A stretch of DNA of 64,000 bases from Thermoanaerobaculia bacterium (GTDB lineage Bacteria > Acidobacteriota > Thermoanaerobaculia > Multivoradales > SZUA-115), in assembly GCA_046331405.1 (NCBI GenBank), contig JAXLQX010000003.1, forward strand, positions 307,202 through 371,201. The letters are read 5' to 3'. Below are positions 18,801 through 31,117 of the stretch, one piece after another. The position numbers were made by a program, and so were the translations under genes. The stretch's first letter is position 1; every line of letters begins with the position of its first letter. The notes under the pieces were generated by a model. The model saw only the letters and a program-made list of their open reading frames with translations, searched no databases and was not told where the DNA came from.

Positions 18801-20858
18801 ATGAGAGGAGGATGCTGCCTCCCCGACTCCGTACACTACAGCACCAATAGCCACGTGTCAATAAGAAAAACGAGCCTGCGGCGTCTCTTCCTCCTAGCCA
18901 GCGTTCTGGCGAGCTTTTCTGTTTCTCCATTGATGGCGGCCGAATGGCGGCTTCCCGAGGGACTCGGCAAGCCTGCGCGGATCGCCTCCTACACCCTGGC
19001 CGCCCGGCTCGATCCGAAAACCCACACGATCCTCGGCGAGGGCCGGATCCACTGGCTGAACAGCTCGCGAGAGCCGGCCTCCGAGCTGCGCTTCCACCTC
19101 TATTTGAACGGATTTCGCAACTCCGCTTCGTCCTACCTCCGCTTCCAGGCAGGTCAGGACGTCGAGACGCTCGAACGGGGGGGCTGGGGGTCGGTCGAGA
19201 TCACGGCGCTCCGGCTCGTGGGCGGGCCGAGCCTGCTCGCGAGCCTCGAGCCGATCGCGCCGGACGACGGCAACCCGGCCGACCGCACGGTGGCCCGGGT
19301 GCCGCTGCCCCAGCCGGTGCCTCCCGGGGGCGAGATCGACCTCGAGGTGGGCTTCCGCTCCCGCTTGCCGCGGGCCGTGGCCCGCACCGGCTTCGCGAGG
19401 GATTTCCACTTCGCGGCGCAGTGGTTTCCCAAGCTGGGCGTGCTCGAGGCGGATGGCCACTGGAACTGCTCGCAGTTCCGCCATCACACCGAATTCTTCG
19501 CCGACTTCGGCGACTACGACGTGACCCTGACGGTGCCCCGCGGCTTCGTGGTGGGCGCCACCGGCGAGCGGGTGGAAAGCCACGAGGGGACGGACGGGAC
19601 TTCGAGCTACCGGTACCGCCAGCAAGGGGTGCACGACTTCGCATGGACTGCCTGGCCTGGCTTCGTGGAGCGTACCCGGACCTTCCGCCATCCCGGGCTG
19701 CCCGAAGTCGCCCTGCGCTTGCTCCTGCGCGGGGAGACTACCGGCTTCGCCGAACGCTACTTCGCCGCACTCGAGCACGGGCTCACGCTCTACGGCCAGT
19801 GGTACGGGCCCTACCCCTATCCGACCCTGACCATGGTCGACCCGCCCTGGGGCGCCGACGCCGTGGCCGGCATGGAGTACCCCACGCTGATCGCCACCGG
19901 TACCAACCGCTGGAGCCCCGCGGAATCGGGCAGCCCGGAGGGTGTGACCCTCCACGAGCTGGGCCACGAGTGGTTCTACGGCCTCTTGGCGAGCGACGAG
20001 TTCCACGAGTCCTTCCTCGACGAGGGCGTGAACACCTACGCCACGGCCCGGGCCCAGCGCCTGGCCTACCCGCCGCGAGCCTGGGTGTACCGCCTGTGGG
20101 AGGTGCCGCTGCAGTTCGGCACCATCCGCCTCGACAGCCCCCTGGACACCGCCGCCCGCTACTTCCGCCAGCCGTCCACGGACCCTTTGGCGCGAGTGGC
20201 CTACGGCTACCTCGACAGCTCGGCCTACCGCGCCCAGACCTACAGCAAGATGGCCTTGCTCATGGAGCAGGTGGAGCGCACCGCGGGCTCGTCGGCGATG
20301 GAACGGGCGATGGCGGCCTACGGCAAGGCTTTCCGCTTCCGGCATCCGCGCACCGCCGACCTCGCGCGCACGCTGGTGGCCGAGACCGGCATGGACCTCT
20401 GGCCGTTGCTGCGCCAGGCCCTGGCGGGCTCCGAAGTGCTCGATTACGCCGTGACCACCACCAAGAGCAGCCGGGATGGCGGTGTGACGGGCCTGGTCGA
20501 GCAGAAGGGTGCGCTCGCGGAGGTGAGCGGAGAGGGCCAGGGCGACTTCTATCGCAGCGAGGTGGTGGTCTCCCGCCTCGGCGGAGTTCGACTGCCGGTG
20601 GAGGTGGAGCTGGCCTTCGCCGATGGCCGCCGCCAGCGGCTCGTCTGGGACGGCGAGGAGACCTGGGTGCGTTACCGCATCGAGGGCCCGAGGCTGCTCT
20701 GGGCCGAGGTGGACCCGGAGCAGAAGATGGTTCTCGACGTCAACCGCCTCAACAACAGCCGGCGCGTGGAATCCGACCCCCGGGCTTCGCGGCGCTGGTC
20801 GCAGCGAGCCCGGTTCTGGATCCAGAACCTGCTCGAGACCTTCGCGAGCCTGGCATGA
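18801..20858 (+). CDS. M1-family zinc metallopeptidase (gluzincin), secreted
   Basis: HELGHEWFYG...E zinc-binding motif and signal peptide RRLFLLASVLASFSVSPLMA. Start uncertain: 18801 per the track, or GTG around 18856. Confidence 0.65.
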   Translation: MRGGCCLPDSVHYSTNSHVSIRKTSLRRLFLLASVLASFSVSPLMAAEWRLPEGLGKPARIASYTLAARLDPKTHTILGEGRIHWLNSSREPASELRFHLYLNGFRNSASSYLRFQAGQDVETLERGGWGSVEITALRLVGGPSLLASLEPIAPDDGNPADRTVARVPLPQPVPPGGEIDLEVGFRSRLPRAVARTGFARDFHFAAQWFPKLGVLEADGHWNCSQFRHHTEFFADFGDYDVTLTVPRGFVVGATGERVESHEGTDGTSSYRYRQQGVHDFAWTAWPGFVERTRTFRHPGLPEVALRLLLRGETTGFAERYFAALEHGLTLYGQWYGPYPYPTLTMVDPPWGADAVAGMEYPTLIATGTNRWSPAESGSPEGVTLHELGHEWFYGLLASDEFHESFLDEGVNTYATARAQRLAYPPRAWVYRLWEVPLQFGTIRLDSPLDTAARYFRQPSTDPLARVAYGYLDSSAYRAQTYSKMALLMEQVERTAGSSAMERAMAAYGKAFRFRHPRTADLARTLVAETGMDLWPLLRQALAGSEVLDYAVTTTKSSRDGGVTGLVEQKGALAEVSGEGQGDFYRSEVVVSRLGGVRLPVEVELAFADGRRQRLVWDGEETWVRYRIEGPRLLWAEVDPEQKMVLDVNRLNNSRRVESDPRASRRWSQRARFWIQNLLETFASLA

Positions 20859-21832
20859 GCCGGCGCAAGCGCCTGGCGACCGCGTTCACCCAGGGCCTCG
20901 CCGCCGCGGCTGGCCGCGCCCACGTGGTGGGCGGCCTGCTGCTGGTGAACCTGCTGGTGGCCTGGGTGCTCGCCGCCCCGTTGAAGGGCGTGCTGGCCGA
21001 CAACCTCGACCTCAACCTCTACAGCGACACCATGGCCACGGGTGCTTCCTGGCGCTGGTTCGACACCGTCGATCGGTTGAACCCGGCCGCCTTCGGCAAC
21101 CTCGATGCCTGGCAGGGCCTGCTGTCGCCGGAGGGCGTCAAGGCCTCGGCCCTCGGCAAGCTCTCGGGAACCGCCCTGGCGGTGGTCCTGGCCGGGCTGT
21201 TCTTGTTCTGGGCGAACGCGGTGTTCCACTGCGGCTTCCTCGCCACCCTGCAGCCGGCCGAGCGCCGGCTCGGATTCGGCGCCAGCTGCGCCCATCTCGC
21301 CCTGCCGGCCAGCGCACTGAGCTTCTTCGCGTTGCTCTCCTACCTCGGGGTCTACGCCCTCTGCTACGTCCAGACCGGCAAATGGCTCGAGCCCTGGCGC
21401 GGCGAGCTGCCCTCCGAGGGCGTGGCGATCGCCCTGACCTGGGCGCGCCTGGCAGTGACCGGCCTCGGCCTCCTGGTGGTGAAGACCCTCTTCGACCTCG
21501 GTAAGATCGCGCTCGCCACCCGCGGCAACTGGAACTGGCCCTGGGCCTTCTTCGTGGCGGCGAGCGAGCTCGCGCGGCGCAGCCCGGGCTATCTGCTGCT
21601 CTCGCTCGGCATGGGCGCGTTGGTGCTGCCGCTCTCCGCCCTCTGGTGGGCGACCGGCGGCCTACTCCACCCTCAGGGCTCAATCGGCCTGCTGATCCTC
21701 TTCGTGCTCCACCAGCTCTTCGTGGCGGCCCGCATCTTCCTGCGCCTCGCCCACCTGGGGGCCGCGCACAGCTACTTCCAGCAATCGCGCACGGCGCGGG
21801 CGAGCCTGCCCTACAAGGTGGATCCGGCCTAG
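20855..21832 (+). CDS. polytopic membrane protein of unknown function
   Basis: ATG 20855 overlaps the peptidase stop (ATGA). About 8 TM helices, no recognisable motif. Confidence 0.5.
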   Translation: MSRRKRLATAFTQGLAAAAGRAHVVGGLLLVNLLVAWVLAAPLKGVLADNLDLNLYSDTMATGASWRWFDTVDRLNPAAFGNLDAWQGLLSPEGVKASALGKLSGTALAVVLAGLFLFWANAVFHCGFLATLQPAERRLGFGASCAHLALPASALSFFALLSYLGVYALCYVQTGKWLEPWRGELPSEGVAIALTWARLAVTGLGLLVVKTLFDLGKIALATRGNWNWPWAFFVAASELARRSPGYLLLSLGMGALVLPLSALWWATGGLLHPQGSIGLLILFVLHQLFVAARIFLRLAHLGAAHSYFQQSRTARASLPYKVDPA

Positions 21833-21902
21833 GCCGGGCTCGGCCTTGCCTTCTCGAGATCCGGGCTAGAATCCCCCGCTCGGAAGGAAAGGAAGGTCTG
21901 CA

Positions 21903-23459
21903 ATGCCGCCGATTCGCCGCGCCCTGCTCTCCGTCTCTGACAAGACCGGCCTGGTCGAGCTCGCGCGGGCCTTGACCGAGCTCGGGGTGGAGCTGACCTC
22001 GAGCGGTGGCACGCATCGAGCCCTCGAGGATGCCGGCCTCACGGTCGAGCCGGTTTCGAAACGCACCGGCTTCCCCGAGATCCTGGGTGGGCGGGTGAAG
22101 ACCCTCCACCCACGCATCCACGGCGGCATCCTCGCCGACCGCAGCCAGGAGAGCCACCGGCAGGCCCTGGCCGAGCACGGCATCGAGCCGATCGATCTGG
22201 TCGTGGTGAACCTCTACCCCTTCCGGGAGACCGTGGCCAGGCCCGGGACGAGCGAGGCCGAGGCGGTGGAGATGATCGACATCGGCGGGCCGGCGATGAT
22301 CCGCGCCGCGGCCAAGAACTTCCACCATGTGACCGTGGTGGTGGACCCGGCAGACTATCCCCGACTGCTCGAGGCGCTCGCCTCTCACGGCGGCGAGGCG
22401 CCGCTCGAGCTGCGCCGAGAGTTCGCCGCCCGCGCCTTCCGCCACACTCATCGCTACGACGGGGCCATCGCGAGCTGGCTCGAGAGCCGCGTGGAGGGCC
22501 CCGAGCCCGGTGCCGAGCTCTTCCCCCGGCATTTCGAGCTCGAGCTGGAGCGTGTTCTGCTTCCCCGCTACGGAGAAACCCCCACCAGCTGGCGGCCGTC
22601 TATGCCCAGGCCGGCGGGGAGGGGTCTTCGGGGGTTCCGGCAGCTCCACGGCAAGGAGCTCTCCTACAACAACCTGCTCGACGCTGACGCCGCCCGCAAG
22701 CTGGTGGCCCTCTTCGAGAAGCCGGCGGTGGCGATCGTCAAGCACGGCAATCCCTGCGGCGTGGGCCAGGGCGAGAGCCTCAGCGAGGCCTACCAGCGCG
22801 CCCTGGCCTGCGACCCCACCTCCGCCTTCGGCTCGGTCATCGCGCTCAACCGCCCGGCCGATGAGGCGCTCGCGGCGGCCCTGGCGGACCTCTTCGTGGA
22901 GGTGGTGATCGCCCCGGGCTTCGCTCCGCCGGCCCTCGAGCGCTTCGCAGGCCGGGCGGCCCTGCGCCTGCTCGAGTGCCAGGGTTACCGTTTGAAGGAG
23001 CGGGAGATCGAGCTCCGGGGCCTGGACGGCGGCTTCCTCGCCCAGGAGCCGGACGGCCTCGAGGTGGACCCCGCGAGCTGGCAATGCGCCAGCCGCCGGG
23101 AGCCCACGCCCGCCGAGCGGGAGGCCCTGCTCTTCGCCTGGAAAGTAGCGCGTTACACCAAGTCGAACGCCATCGTGGTGGCCGACCGCGAGGGCACTCT
23201 GGGCATCGGCGCCGGCCAGATGAGCCGGGTGGATTCCTGCCGCCTGGCGGTGGAGAAAGCCCAGCGCTCGCTGGCCGGAGCCGTGGCGGCTTCCGACGCC
23301 TTCTTCCCGTTCCGGGACGGGCTCGATGTGCTGGCCGAGGCCGGCATCACCGCGGTGGTGCAGCCTGGAGGCAGCAAGCGGGATGCGGAAGTGATCGCCG
23401 CCGCCGACGAGCGGGGCCTCGCGCTGCTCTTGACCGGCCGGCGGCATTTCCGCCACTGA
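21903..23459 (+). CDS. purH: bifunctional AICAR formyltransferase / IMP cyclohydrolase
   Basis: N-terminal MGS-like domain ([14 protein letters not shown]...GGTHRAL...[12 protein letters not shown]) and C-terminal AICARFT domain. Confidence 0.9.
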   Translation: MPPIRRALLSVSDKTGLVELARALTELGVELTSSGGTHRALEDAGLTVEPVSKRTGFPEILGGRVKTLHPRIHGGILADRSQESHRQALAEHGIEPIDLVVVNLYPFRETVARPGTSEAEAVEMIDIGGPAMIRAAAKNFHHVTVVVDPADYPRLLEALASHGGEAPLELRREFAARAFRHTHRYDGAIASWLESRVEGPEPGAELFPRHFELELERVLLPRYGETPTSWRPSMPRPAGRGLRGFRQLHGKELSYNNLLDADAARKLVALFEKPAVAIVKHGNPCGVGQGESLSEAYQRALACDPTSAFGSVIALNRPADEALAAALADLFVEVVIAPGFAPPALERFAGRAALRLLECQGYRLKEREIELRGLDGGFLAQEPDGLEVDPASWQCASRREPTPAEREALLFAWKVARYTKSNAIVVADREGTLGIGAGQMSRVDSCRLAVEKAQRSLAGAVAASDAFFPFRDGLDVLAEAGITAVVQPGGSKRDAEVIAAADERGLALLLTGRRHFRH

Positions 23460-23547
23460 GGCCGGAGCGAGCGTCCGGGCGCGGCGCTTGCTAGCACGGC
23501 CGAGAGACGCCGAGCGCGTTTTCGCGCCCGATCTCGAGGAGGGTCGA

Positions 23548-24216
23548 ATGGACCGAGCTCGACCACGGATTCCTGTACTGCCTCTGGCCTGGCTGCTCCT
23601 GGGCCTGGCCGGCCACGCTGGCGCCCAGGCGCCGGCAGCGACCCAGGCTCCGGACCCCTGGCAGGCCCTGCGGGAAGTGAGGGCCCGGCTCGCCGCCTCC
23701 GGCCCCCGCTCCGCCCAATTCGAGCAGATCTACATTCCGGTGGGGTTCTCGACCGGGGAGAAGGAGACTGGCCGGCTCGCCCTCTCCTTGCCCGATTGCC
23801 TGCGCTGGGACTACAACCCTCCCTATCCCAAGAGCTTCCTGGTATGCGGCAATCTGGCCCATTACTGGAGCGAGGAAGACAAGGCCGGCAAGCGCCAGCG
23901 CATCGCCAGCAAGAACGAGCCGGGGCTCGACCTGCTGCTGCTCGGCATCGAGGAGCTCAAGAGCCGCTACCGGGCCTCCGCCACCGAGGCCGAGCTCGGC
24001 CAGATCCAGATCCGCCTCGAGCCCCTGCGGGAGATCCCCGAGTGCCGCTACGCCGTGCTCACCCTGGACGCTCGGGCCGGAGTGCTCTCCGGCCTCGAGT
24101 ATCAGGATCGCGAGGGCAACCTCACCCGGTTCCTGATCTCCCGCTACGGGCCGCTCGCCGGCACTGACCTCTTCTCCCCGCCGAGCAAGATCGTCTGGGA
24201 GGAGGTTGCTCCCTGA
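23548..24216 (+). CDS. LolA-like outer-membrane lipoprotein carrier family protein
   Basis: Signal peptide, about 200 aa, LolA-like size and hydrophobic-strand pattern. GAGGAGGG upstream of ATG 23548. Confidence 0.45.
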   Translation: MDRARPRIPVLPLAWLLLGLAGHAGAQAPAATQAPDPWQALREVRARLAASGPRSAQFEQIYIPVGFSTGEKETGRLALSLPDCLRWDYNPPYPKSFLVCGNLAHYWSEEDKAGKRQRIASKNEPGLDLLLLGIEELKSRYRASATEAELGQIQIRLEPLREIPECRYAVLTLDARAGVLSGLEYQDREGNLTRFLISRYGPLAGTDLFSPPSKIVWEEVAP

Positions 24217-24237
24217 GCCGGCCCCGGGCGGGCGGCC

Positions 24238-24960
24238 TCAGCTCGCCACGACCACCTTGGTATCGGCGATGTAGTCGTGCAGGCAGCGCCGCGGCTCGCT
24301 GAAGATCCACAGCGCGTCAACCAGACCCCAGACCGAGCCGAAGAAGGGGATGAAGCCGGGTAGCGCGCTGACCACCATGCGCAGCCAGAAGATCCGGCCG
24401 AGCGAAGCCTTGCTGCCGTCGAGCCGGACAATCTTGATCTTGCAGTAGCGCTTGCCGAGAGTCTGCCCGTTGGAGGCGAGCAGGCTGAGGTTGTAGATGA
24501 GAAGGCCCAGCATGGCCACGGCGGCCAACGCCGCCAGGACGATGAATCCGACTCCGGGATCCTGCCTCTTGGCCGAGGCCGCCAGCAGGATGAAGCCGGG
24601 GATTAGGAAGATCATCATCGCGCCGACGTAGATCAGCCCGTCGAGGAGGATGGCCACCAGGCGAGTGCCGCGTTCGGCCTGAACCTGCTCGCCGCCGAAG
24701 GGCATGTCCGCCACCCGGGCCGTGGGGGCTCGATAGGGGTTGAACGGCTCACCGCGCAGGGTGGCGAGGTCGGCGGCGATCTCCTCCGGAGTTCGGCCAT
24801 CCGCTGCGCCCGGGAAGGCCCCCGGAGGCGGCGGTGGCGGCGGCTCGTCGGGATCCGCCGGCCGAGCTCGGTAGCGAGCGAAGATGACGCCGCAGGCGGG
24901 GCATTCCTGAATTCCCGCCTCGACCGCAAACCCACACTTCGGACAGCTTGTGACCTCCAT
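24238..24960 (-). CDS. RDD-family membrane protein with N-terminal zinc-ribbon
   Basis: CPKCG...CPACG zinc ribbon, Pro-rich linker, RDD domain TM helices (RLVAILLDGLIYVG...). Confidence 0.6.
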   Translation of the reverse strand: MEVTSCPKCGFAVEAGIQECPACGVIFARYRARPADPDEPPPPPPPGAFPGAADGRTPEEIAADLATLRGEPFNPYRAPTARVADMPFGGEQVQAERGTRLVAILLDGLIYVGAMMIFLIPGFILLAASAKRQDPGVGFIVLAALAAVAMLGLLIYNLSLLASNGQTLGKRYCKIKIVRLDGSKASLGRIFWLRMVVSALPGFIPFFGSVWGLVDALWIFSEPRRCLHDYIADTKVVVAS

Positions 24961-25122
24961 GGCTCCTCCTCGACGCCAAGAGCGGCCGCCGGGCTCGCCG
25001 TGGGCGGGCCCGGATGGCAACTCGATTCAAGCTCGTATTCTCGCGGCTATCGTATCAGTGCTCGCGGAAGTTACGGCGCGTTCGAGCGCTCGATTCCCTC
25101 ACGCAGCGGAATCCCCTGCGCT

Positions 25123-26423
25123 TCAGAGCAGGCCGCCGGCCTTGATGTCGAGATAGCGGTTCACCATGGCGATCGGCAGCCGCTCCGGCTCCACGTCCAG
25201 GGTGAGCACGCCGTGGCCGCGCAACTCTTCGTGGGCCCGCTCGCGGGCCGCGAGGTAGTGGTGACAGGCGGCCACCGCCAGGGCATCCGCCGGCCCGGCG
25301 ATCGGCCGCGTGATCGCCTCGGCCAGAGCCCGCTCGCGCAGGCTCGCCACCAGCACCAGATGCCGCTGGGAGAGCAGGCGGAGGGCCGGCAGCAGCTCGC
25401 CGGCGTCTTCGTCGCGAAGGTTCGAGACCAGGATCACCAGGGCGCGGCGGCGCTCCAGAGAGGCTACCCGCAGGGCGGCCGCCAGGTAGTCCGGTGGCTC
25501 GGAGGAAGTCTCGAGATCGTAGACCGCCGCCAGGATCTGCGACACCGCAGCCGGCCCGCGCCGGGGCGCCAGCCACTTCTCGCTGCCGCCGAAGGTGGCC
25601 AGGCCCACGGCATCGCCGTAGCGAGTGGCGGCATAAGCGAGCAGCAGCACGGCGTTCAGGGCGTGGTCGAAGTGCGCGATGTCACCCTCTTTCGAGCGCA
25701 TCCGCCGGCCGCAGTCCACCAGGAGCAGGATGCGCTGGTCGCTCTCATCCTGGAAGTCGCGCACGATCAGCTTGAGGCGCCGCGAAGTGGCCTTCCAGTC
25801 GATCTGCCGCAGGGTGTCGCCCTGGCGGAAGTCCCGCAGCTCGTGGAACTCCCGGCCCTCGCCCCGGCGCTGGCGGCGGCGAATGCCCATGCGGCCCAAG
25901 CGGTCTTCCACGGCGAGAGCCGCGAAGCCCAGCAGCGGCCGGAAGTTCGGCAGCACCCGCACCGCCTCCTCGCCGCCCACGAACAGGCGTCGCTGCCAGA
26001 GCTTGAGCGGCGACCGCAGCAGGGCTTCGGTCTTGCCGAACCTCGCCTGCCCGCGCTCGCAGGGCCGCACCTGATACTCGAAGGAAGCCCCTCCTCCGGC
26101 CGGCACCAGCAGCCGAAAAGGCAGGCCCTGAACCTCCCAGCCGGTGGGGTGGTGGTCGAAAACGTCGAGATCGAGCGCCGAGCGCCCGCGCGCCAGGAAG
26201 GAAAGGCGAACCCGGCTTCGCACTCCCAGGGGGAGAGAGCCCGGAACCTCGCGCCGGGTCTCCGGCACGGCAGCCCGGCGCACCGCCAGGCCATCCGCCA
26301 GGGCCAGGGCGAGCGAGCCCGCCGCGACGGCGATCCACAGCCCCTGGGCCGCGGGCACGAACGCCGCGAGCCCGCCCAGAGCCAGTCCGACCCCGAGCAG
26401 CCCGAGGGCTCGGCGAGTCGGCC

Positions 26424-26427
<4 letters not shown>
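25123..26427 (-). CDS. DUF58 family protein (vWA-like, MoxR-associated)
   Basis: Two N-terminal TM helices plus a DUF58 core (ILLLVDCGRRM..., vWA-like). ATGA overlap with MoxR. Confidence 0.75.
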
Positions 26428-27421
<994 letters not shown>

Positions 27422-27425
<4 letters not shown>

Positions 27426-28645
27426 AGCGCCCTCCGCACTTCTTCGATGGTCTGAATCATCCTGCTCAAGCCTTCCGGGTCGTCGGGAGCGGGCGAGCTC
27501 ATCGCCCATTCGAGGGTCTCGGGTGGCACTCCGGTCTGGCTCGCCCAGAGCTCGAATTGTCGCCTCCCGGGTGTGCCGCCTCCCTCGGGCAGGCGAGCGG
27601 CGGCGTGCCGCCTGAGCGCCCGGCGAGTGCTCTCGAGCAGCGCGCGGGTCTGGCGACGGCGGCGGAGGAACTCCGCGCTCGCGCCGATGTGCTCGAGGAG
27701 GCTGCGGCGGGCAAGCGGCGGGTCTGGCAGCAGGGGGCCGAAGCGGGGGCCGTTCTTGGCCAGCCAGGCCGCCACCAGGAGCCCGCCCGAGACGAGGGCC
27801 ATCCAGCCGTAGCGGCCGATCAAGCCGAACAGCGAGGGGTAGTCGAGCGCCCGCACCAGGGTCACCCCGAGCGGCGCCGGCTCCCTCTCCACCGCCGCCA
27901 GCAAGAGAGCGGCGTGATCCTCCTCGGCCAGCTCGTCGTTGGTGAGCCAGTCGGTCTCGGTCAGGAGCGCGATCGAGCCCTCGCCCAGGGTGAAACGCAG
28001 CATCACGCCTTGCGAGTCGTCGGTCTCTCCGGCCAGGCGCCAGGTCTCGACCAGCCGAGGCTGGTCGCGGGGCGCCACCCTCACCGTGGGCGAGGCGTCC
28101 TCCTCCGGCTCGCAGGAATCGCAGTCCTCGGGCTCCTCTGGCTCGGGCTCGGAGCTCTTGACGAACTGCAGGCGGTCCCGCCGGTGCAGCTGGACCGCGA
28201 ACGGCGGCTCGTCTCGGCGGACCTCGATCGGCGTCGGCGGCCAGCCCTTCTCGGGAGGTTTCTCGGACTCGGGATCAACCACCACGCCCAGAGCCGAGAA
28301 CAAGCTCTTCTGAGGTGCCGCCAGCACCCGGCCGCCCTGGTGTACCCAGGTCAGGAGTCGGGCGGTCTGGTCCCCCGGCGGCAGACTCTCCGGCCGGAGC
28401 AGCACGAGCAGATGCCCGGCCGGTGGCAGCGGCTCGAGGCGGACCGAACTCTTGGCCGGCACGCCCTGGGCGGTGAGGAATCGCGCCGCGGCGAGGTAGG
28501 CATCCTGCCTCGCTTCGGCGCTCGGGCCCTGGTCCACCTCGATCTCGGCACGTTCGAAGCACACCAAGAAGAGAGCCACCAGGAGGGCCGAGAGGATACC
28601 GGCACCCCAGGACAGCCAGGAGCTCCCACTCGCCCCGCCGCTCAT
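27422..28645 (-). CDS. DUF4350-like protein (membrane-anchored, MoxR operon member)
   Basis: N-terminal TM helix. Operon position matches the conserved DUF4350 slot. ATGA overlap with the DUF4129 stop. Confidence 0.5.
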
Positions 28646-30156
28646 CCCCCACCTCCGAAGCTCTGGCTCCAGGCTTCGCAGAGCGAGATCACCTCGACGC
28701 CGGCCGGGGCGCGATGGGCATAGGCGGCGTCCTGCCAGGTGCGCACCAGCCGCGACAGCAGCTCCGAGCCAGCCCCGGGCACCCGGCTGCGGAGCTCGCG
28801 CAGGCACTCGCTCTCCGTCCAGCTCGGGAGGATCTCGAGCCTCTGGCGGCGAACCAGCACGGCCAGCGCTCCGCGGTACAGCAACGACAGAGCCTCCACC
28901 ACCCTCCCCTCTTCCGCCAGCCGGCGTGCCTCTCCCGGCACGTCGCGGGGCAAAGGCCGCTCGGTCAGCTCAGCGAGCCAGGAGCTCACTCCGGGAGTGA
29001 ACTCGGGCTGCGGCACGGCCTCGGACAGGGCCGGGTCCCCCCGCCGCCGCCAGGCCGACAACACCAGCCAGGCGAGAGTGAGGCCACCGGAGATCCAGAG
29101 CAGCCACTCGAGAAGCGGCCCCAGCCAGGGGAGATCGAGCCCCACCCGCGCTCGGCCGCGGCCGGGCTTGCCGAAGAGGCCCTCGCGGGGCACCCAGGTG
29201 CGCACTTTCTCCTTGTGGTGGAAGTCCGGCCCGTCGGCGATTTCCTTGGCCTTGTCCTGGGCGGCTTGCCGGCTGGGAGTGGAGGCTGTGGGGGGCGGTT
29301 CCTCCGCCCGGCAAGGGGCGGCCAGGGGCCCGGCCAGAAGCAGCGCGAGCAGCAAGCCAGCGGCAGCCTTGCCGGCGCGCGAGGCGCTTCGCCGGTTCTC
29401 CCGGGCCAGCCGCCGGGCCAGTCGCCGGAAGGCGAGCTCGATGTCCCAGCCCTCGAGCGAGGTCCGACGGTTGAGATAGAGGGTGAAGCCGGCCGCCACG
29501 TAGAAGGGCTCGACGACCGAGACCGCCACGAACCAGAGCAGCCCCAGCAGCAGCTCGAACCACGACGGCGTGGGCCCCGAGAACGGGCCGGCGGCCGAGC
29601 CTAGCCAATCGGGCAGCCGCTCCTGAGGCACCAGGAGCAGGGCGAGACTCAAGAGCGCCAGCAACAGCAGGCTCTCCATCATCGAGCAAGCGAAAGTGAG
29701 CGCGGTGGCCTGGCCGCCGCTCGCCCGGCGCAGCACCCGCAGGCGCCTCCAGCGTGCCGCGCCGCCCAGGTCCTCCAGCACCCGCACGGGCAAGTCGAAC
29801 GAGCGAGCCGGATCGAGCCTTTCGAGGAAGAACAGATAGGCCGGAGCCACCTTGAGCAGCAGCCGGGGGAAAGCCGCGAGAGTCTCCTGCGGCGTGGGCG
29901 TAGAGCCGAAGAGGGCCCGGCTCACCACGAAAAGAGGCAGCACGTCCCAGGCCGGCTTCAGCCAGGCAAGCACCAGGAAGCCCCAGCCGGGGTTGTGCCG
30001 AAAGGCCACCAGGACGGCCACCCACACCGGTAGCACCACCGCCAGCCAGGGCAGGTAGATGGCCCGCGCCCAGGCCCGCACCAGCGGCAGCCCGAGGTCG
30101 ATCGCCTCCCAGGCGAGCCGTGGGCGCACTTCCACGGTCACTCGCTCAAGATCCAC
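28642..30156 (-). CDS. DUF4129-like membrane protein (MoxR operon member)
   Basis: Multiple TM helices, then a soluble C-terminal domain. Operon position matches the conserved DUF4129 slot. Confidence 0.5.
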   Translation of the reverse strand: MDLERVTVEVRPRLAWEAIDLGLPLVRAWARAIYLPWLAVVLPVWVAVLVAFRHNPGWGFLVLAWLKPAWDVLPLFVVSRALFGSTPTPQETLAAFPRLLLKVAPAYLFFLERLDPARSFDLPVRVLEDLGGAARWRRLRVLRRASGGQATALTFACSMMESLLLLALLSLALLLVPQERLPDWLGSAAGPFSGPTPSWFELLLGLLWFVAVSVVEPFYVAAGFTLYLNRRTSLEGWDIELAFRRLARRLARENRRSASRAGKAAAGLLLALLLAGPLAAPCRAEEPPPTASTPSRQAAQDKAKEIADGPDFHHKEKVRTWVPREGLFGKPGRGRARVGLDLPWLGPLLEWLLWISGGLTLAWLVLSAWRRRGDPALSEAVPQPEFTPGVSSWLAELTERPLPRDVPGEARRLAEEGRVVEALSLLYRGALAVLVRRQRLEILPSWTESECLRELRSRVPGAGSELLSRLVRTWQDAAYAHRAPAGVEVISLCEAWSQSFGGGG

Positions 30157-31117
30157 GCAACCTCCCCGCCAGGCTGAAGTAGGCGATCACCAGACCCCAG
30201 CAAAGCGCGCCGGCGCCGAGCCTCAGGGGTGTGGGGAAGCCGGAATTCGAAGACCAGAACGCCTCGAGGAAGGCTGCCACCAGGAGCATCGCGATCACCC
30301 CGTAGATCAGCGGCAAGGCCACCCGCGCTTCCTCGTAGAGCGCCCGCGCCCGGCTGCGTTGCCCGGGCGAGAGCAAGGCGAGGCCCAGGCGCAGCCCGGC
30401 GAGCCCGGAGATCACGATCGCCGTGAGCTCGAAGGCGCCGTGGGCCACCACGAACGAGAAGAAGGCTTCCGAGTGGCCGAAGTTGCCCACGTGGCCGGCC
30501 GCCGCGCCGAACATCAGGCCGTTGTAGACCAGGAAGAAGATCGCGCCCAGGCCGCAGATCAACCCCGAAGCGAAGGTCCGGAAGGAGACCGAGATGTTGT
30601 TGTAGATGTAGTAGCCGAACATGTAGACGTCGAGCTTGGAGGCGCGCTCCTTCTGGCCCTCGGGCGAGTACATGTGCTCGAACGACGCCGCTTCCTCCGG
30701 CCCGAGGAACGAATAGGCGAGCTCTGGCTGGGCGTGCACCAGGACCAACGAGAGCAGCGCCGGCAGGTAGAGCAGGCCGGCCGCCAACCAGAACAGGCGC
30801 AGCTCCCGGCGCAGGGCCCGCGGGAAGGTGGAGGCGAAGAATTCCGCGAGGCCGGAGCGAGTGATGGGGCTCGGCGCCAGGTAGAGCTGCTGATGACCGC
30901 GCAAGGCCAGGCGGTTGAGTCGCTCCTCGAGCTCGACACCGTAGCGACGGGCTCGGGCCAAGGCCAGATGGTGGCAGATCTCGCGATAAAGCTCCGGAAA
31001 ACCGTCCAGCTTGAGGCCGGTCTTGATTCCGGAGCTCTGGCCCTCGAGGTGCTCGAGCATCCTCTCGAAGGCTGCCCAGGCCGAGCCGTACTGGCGCTCG
31101 AAGAGCTCGCGGTTCAT
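30146..31117 (-). CDS. SpoIIM/DUF95-like integral membrane protein
   Basis: Cytoplasmic N-terminal domain plus 5-6 TM helices (FASGLICGLGAIFFLVYNGLMFGAAAGH). ATGA overlap with the RDD gene. Confidence 0.55.
   Translation of the reverse strand: MNRELFERQYGSAWAAFERMLEHLEGQSSGIKTGLKLDGFPELYREICHHLALARARRYGVELEERLNRLALRGHQQLYLAPSPITRSGLAEFFASTFPRALRRELRLFWLAAGLLYLPALLSLVLVHAQPELAYSFLGPEEAASFEHMYSPEGQKERASKLDVYMFGYYIYNNISVSFRTFASGLICGLGAIFFLVYNGLMFGAAAGHVGNFGHSEAFFSFVVAHGAFELTAIVISGLAGLRLGLALLSPGQRSRARALYEEARVALPLIYGVIAMLLVAAFLEAFWSSNSGFPTPLRLGAGALCWGLVIAYFSLAGRLRGS

Noticed and set aside
18730-18930. 66-aa minus-strand ORF that could be served by the orphan terminator
   Set aside because: The terminator hairpin (18767..18790) lies inside this ORF, so it cannot be a complete coding unit. 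A non-coding RNA is the better explanation.
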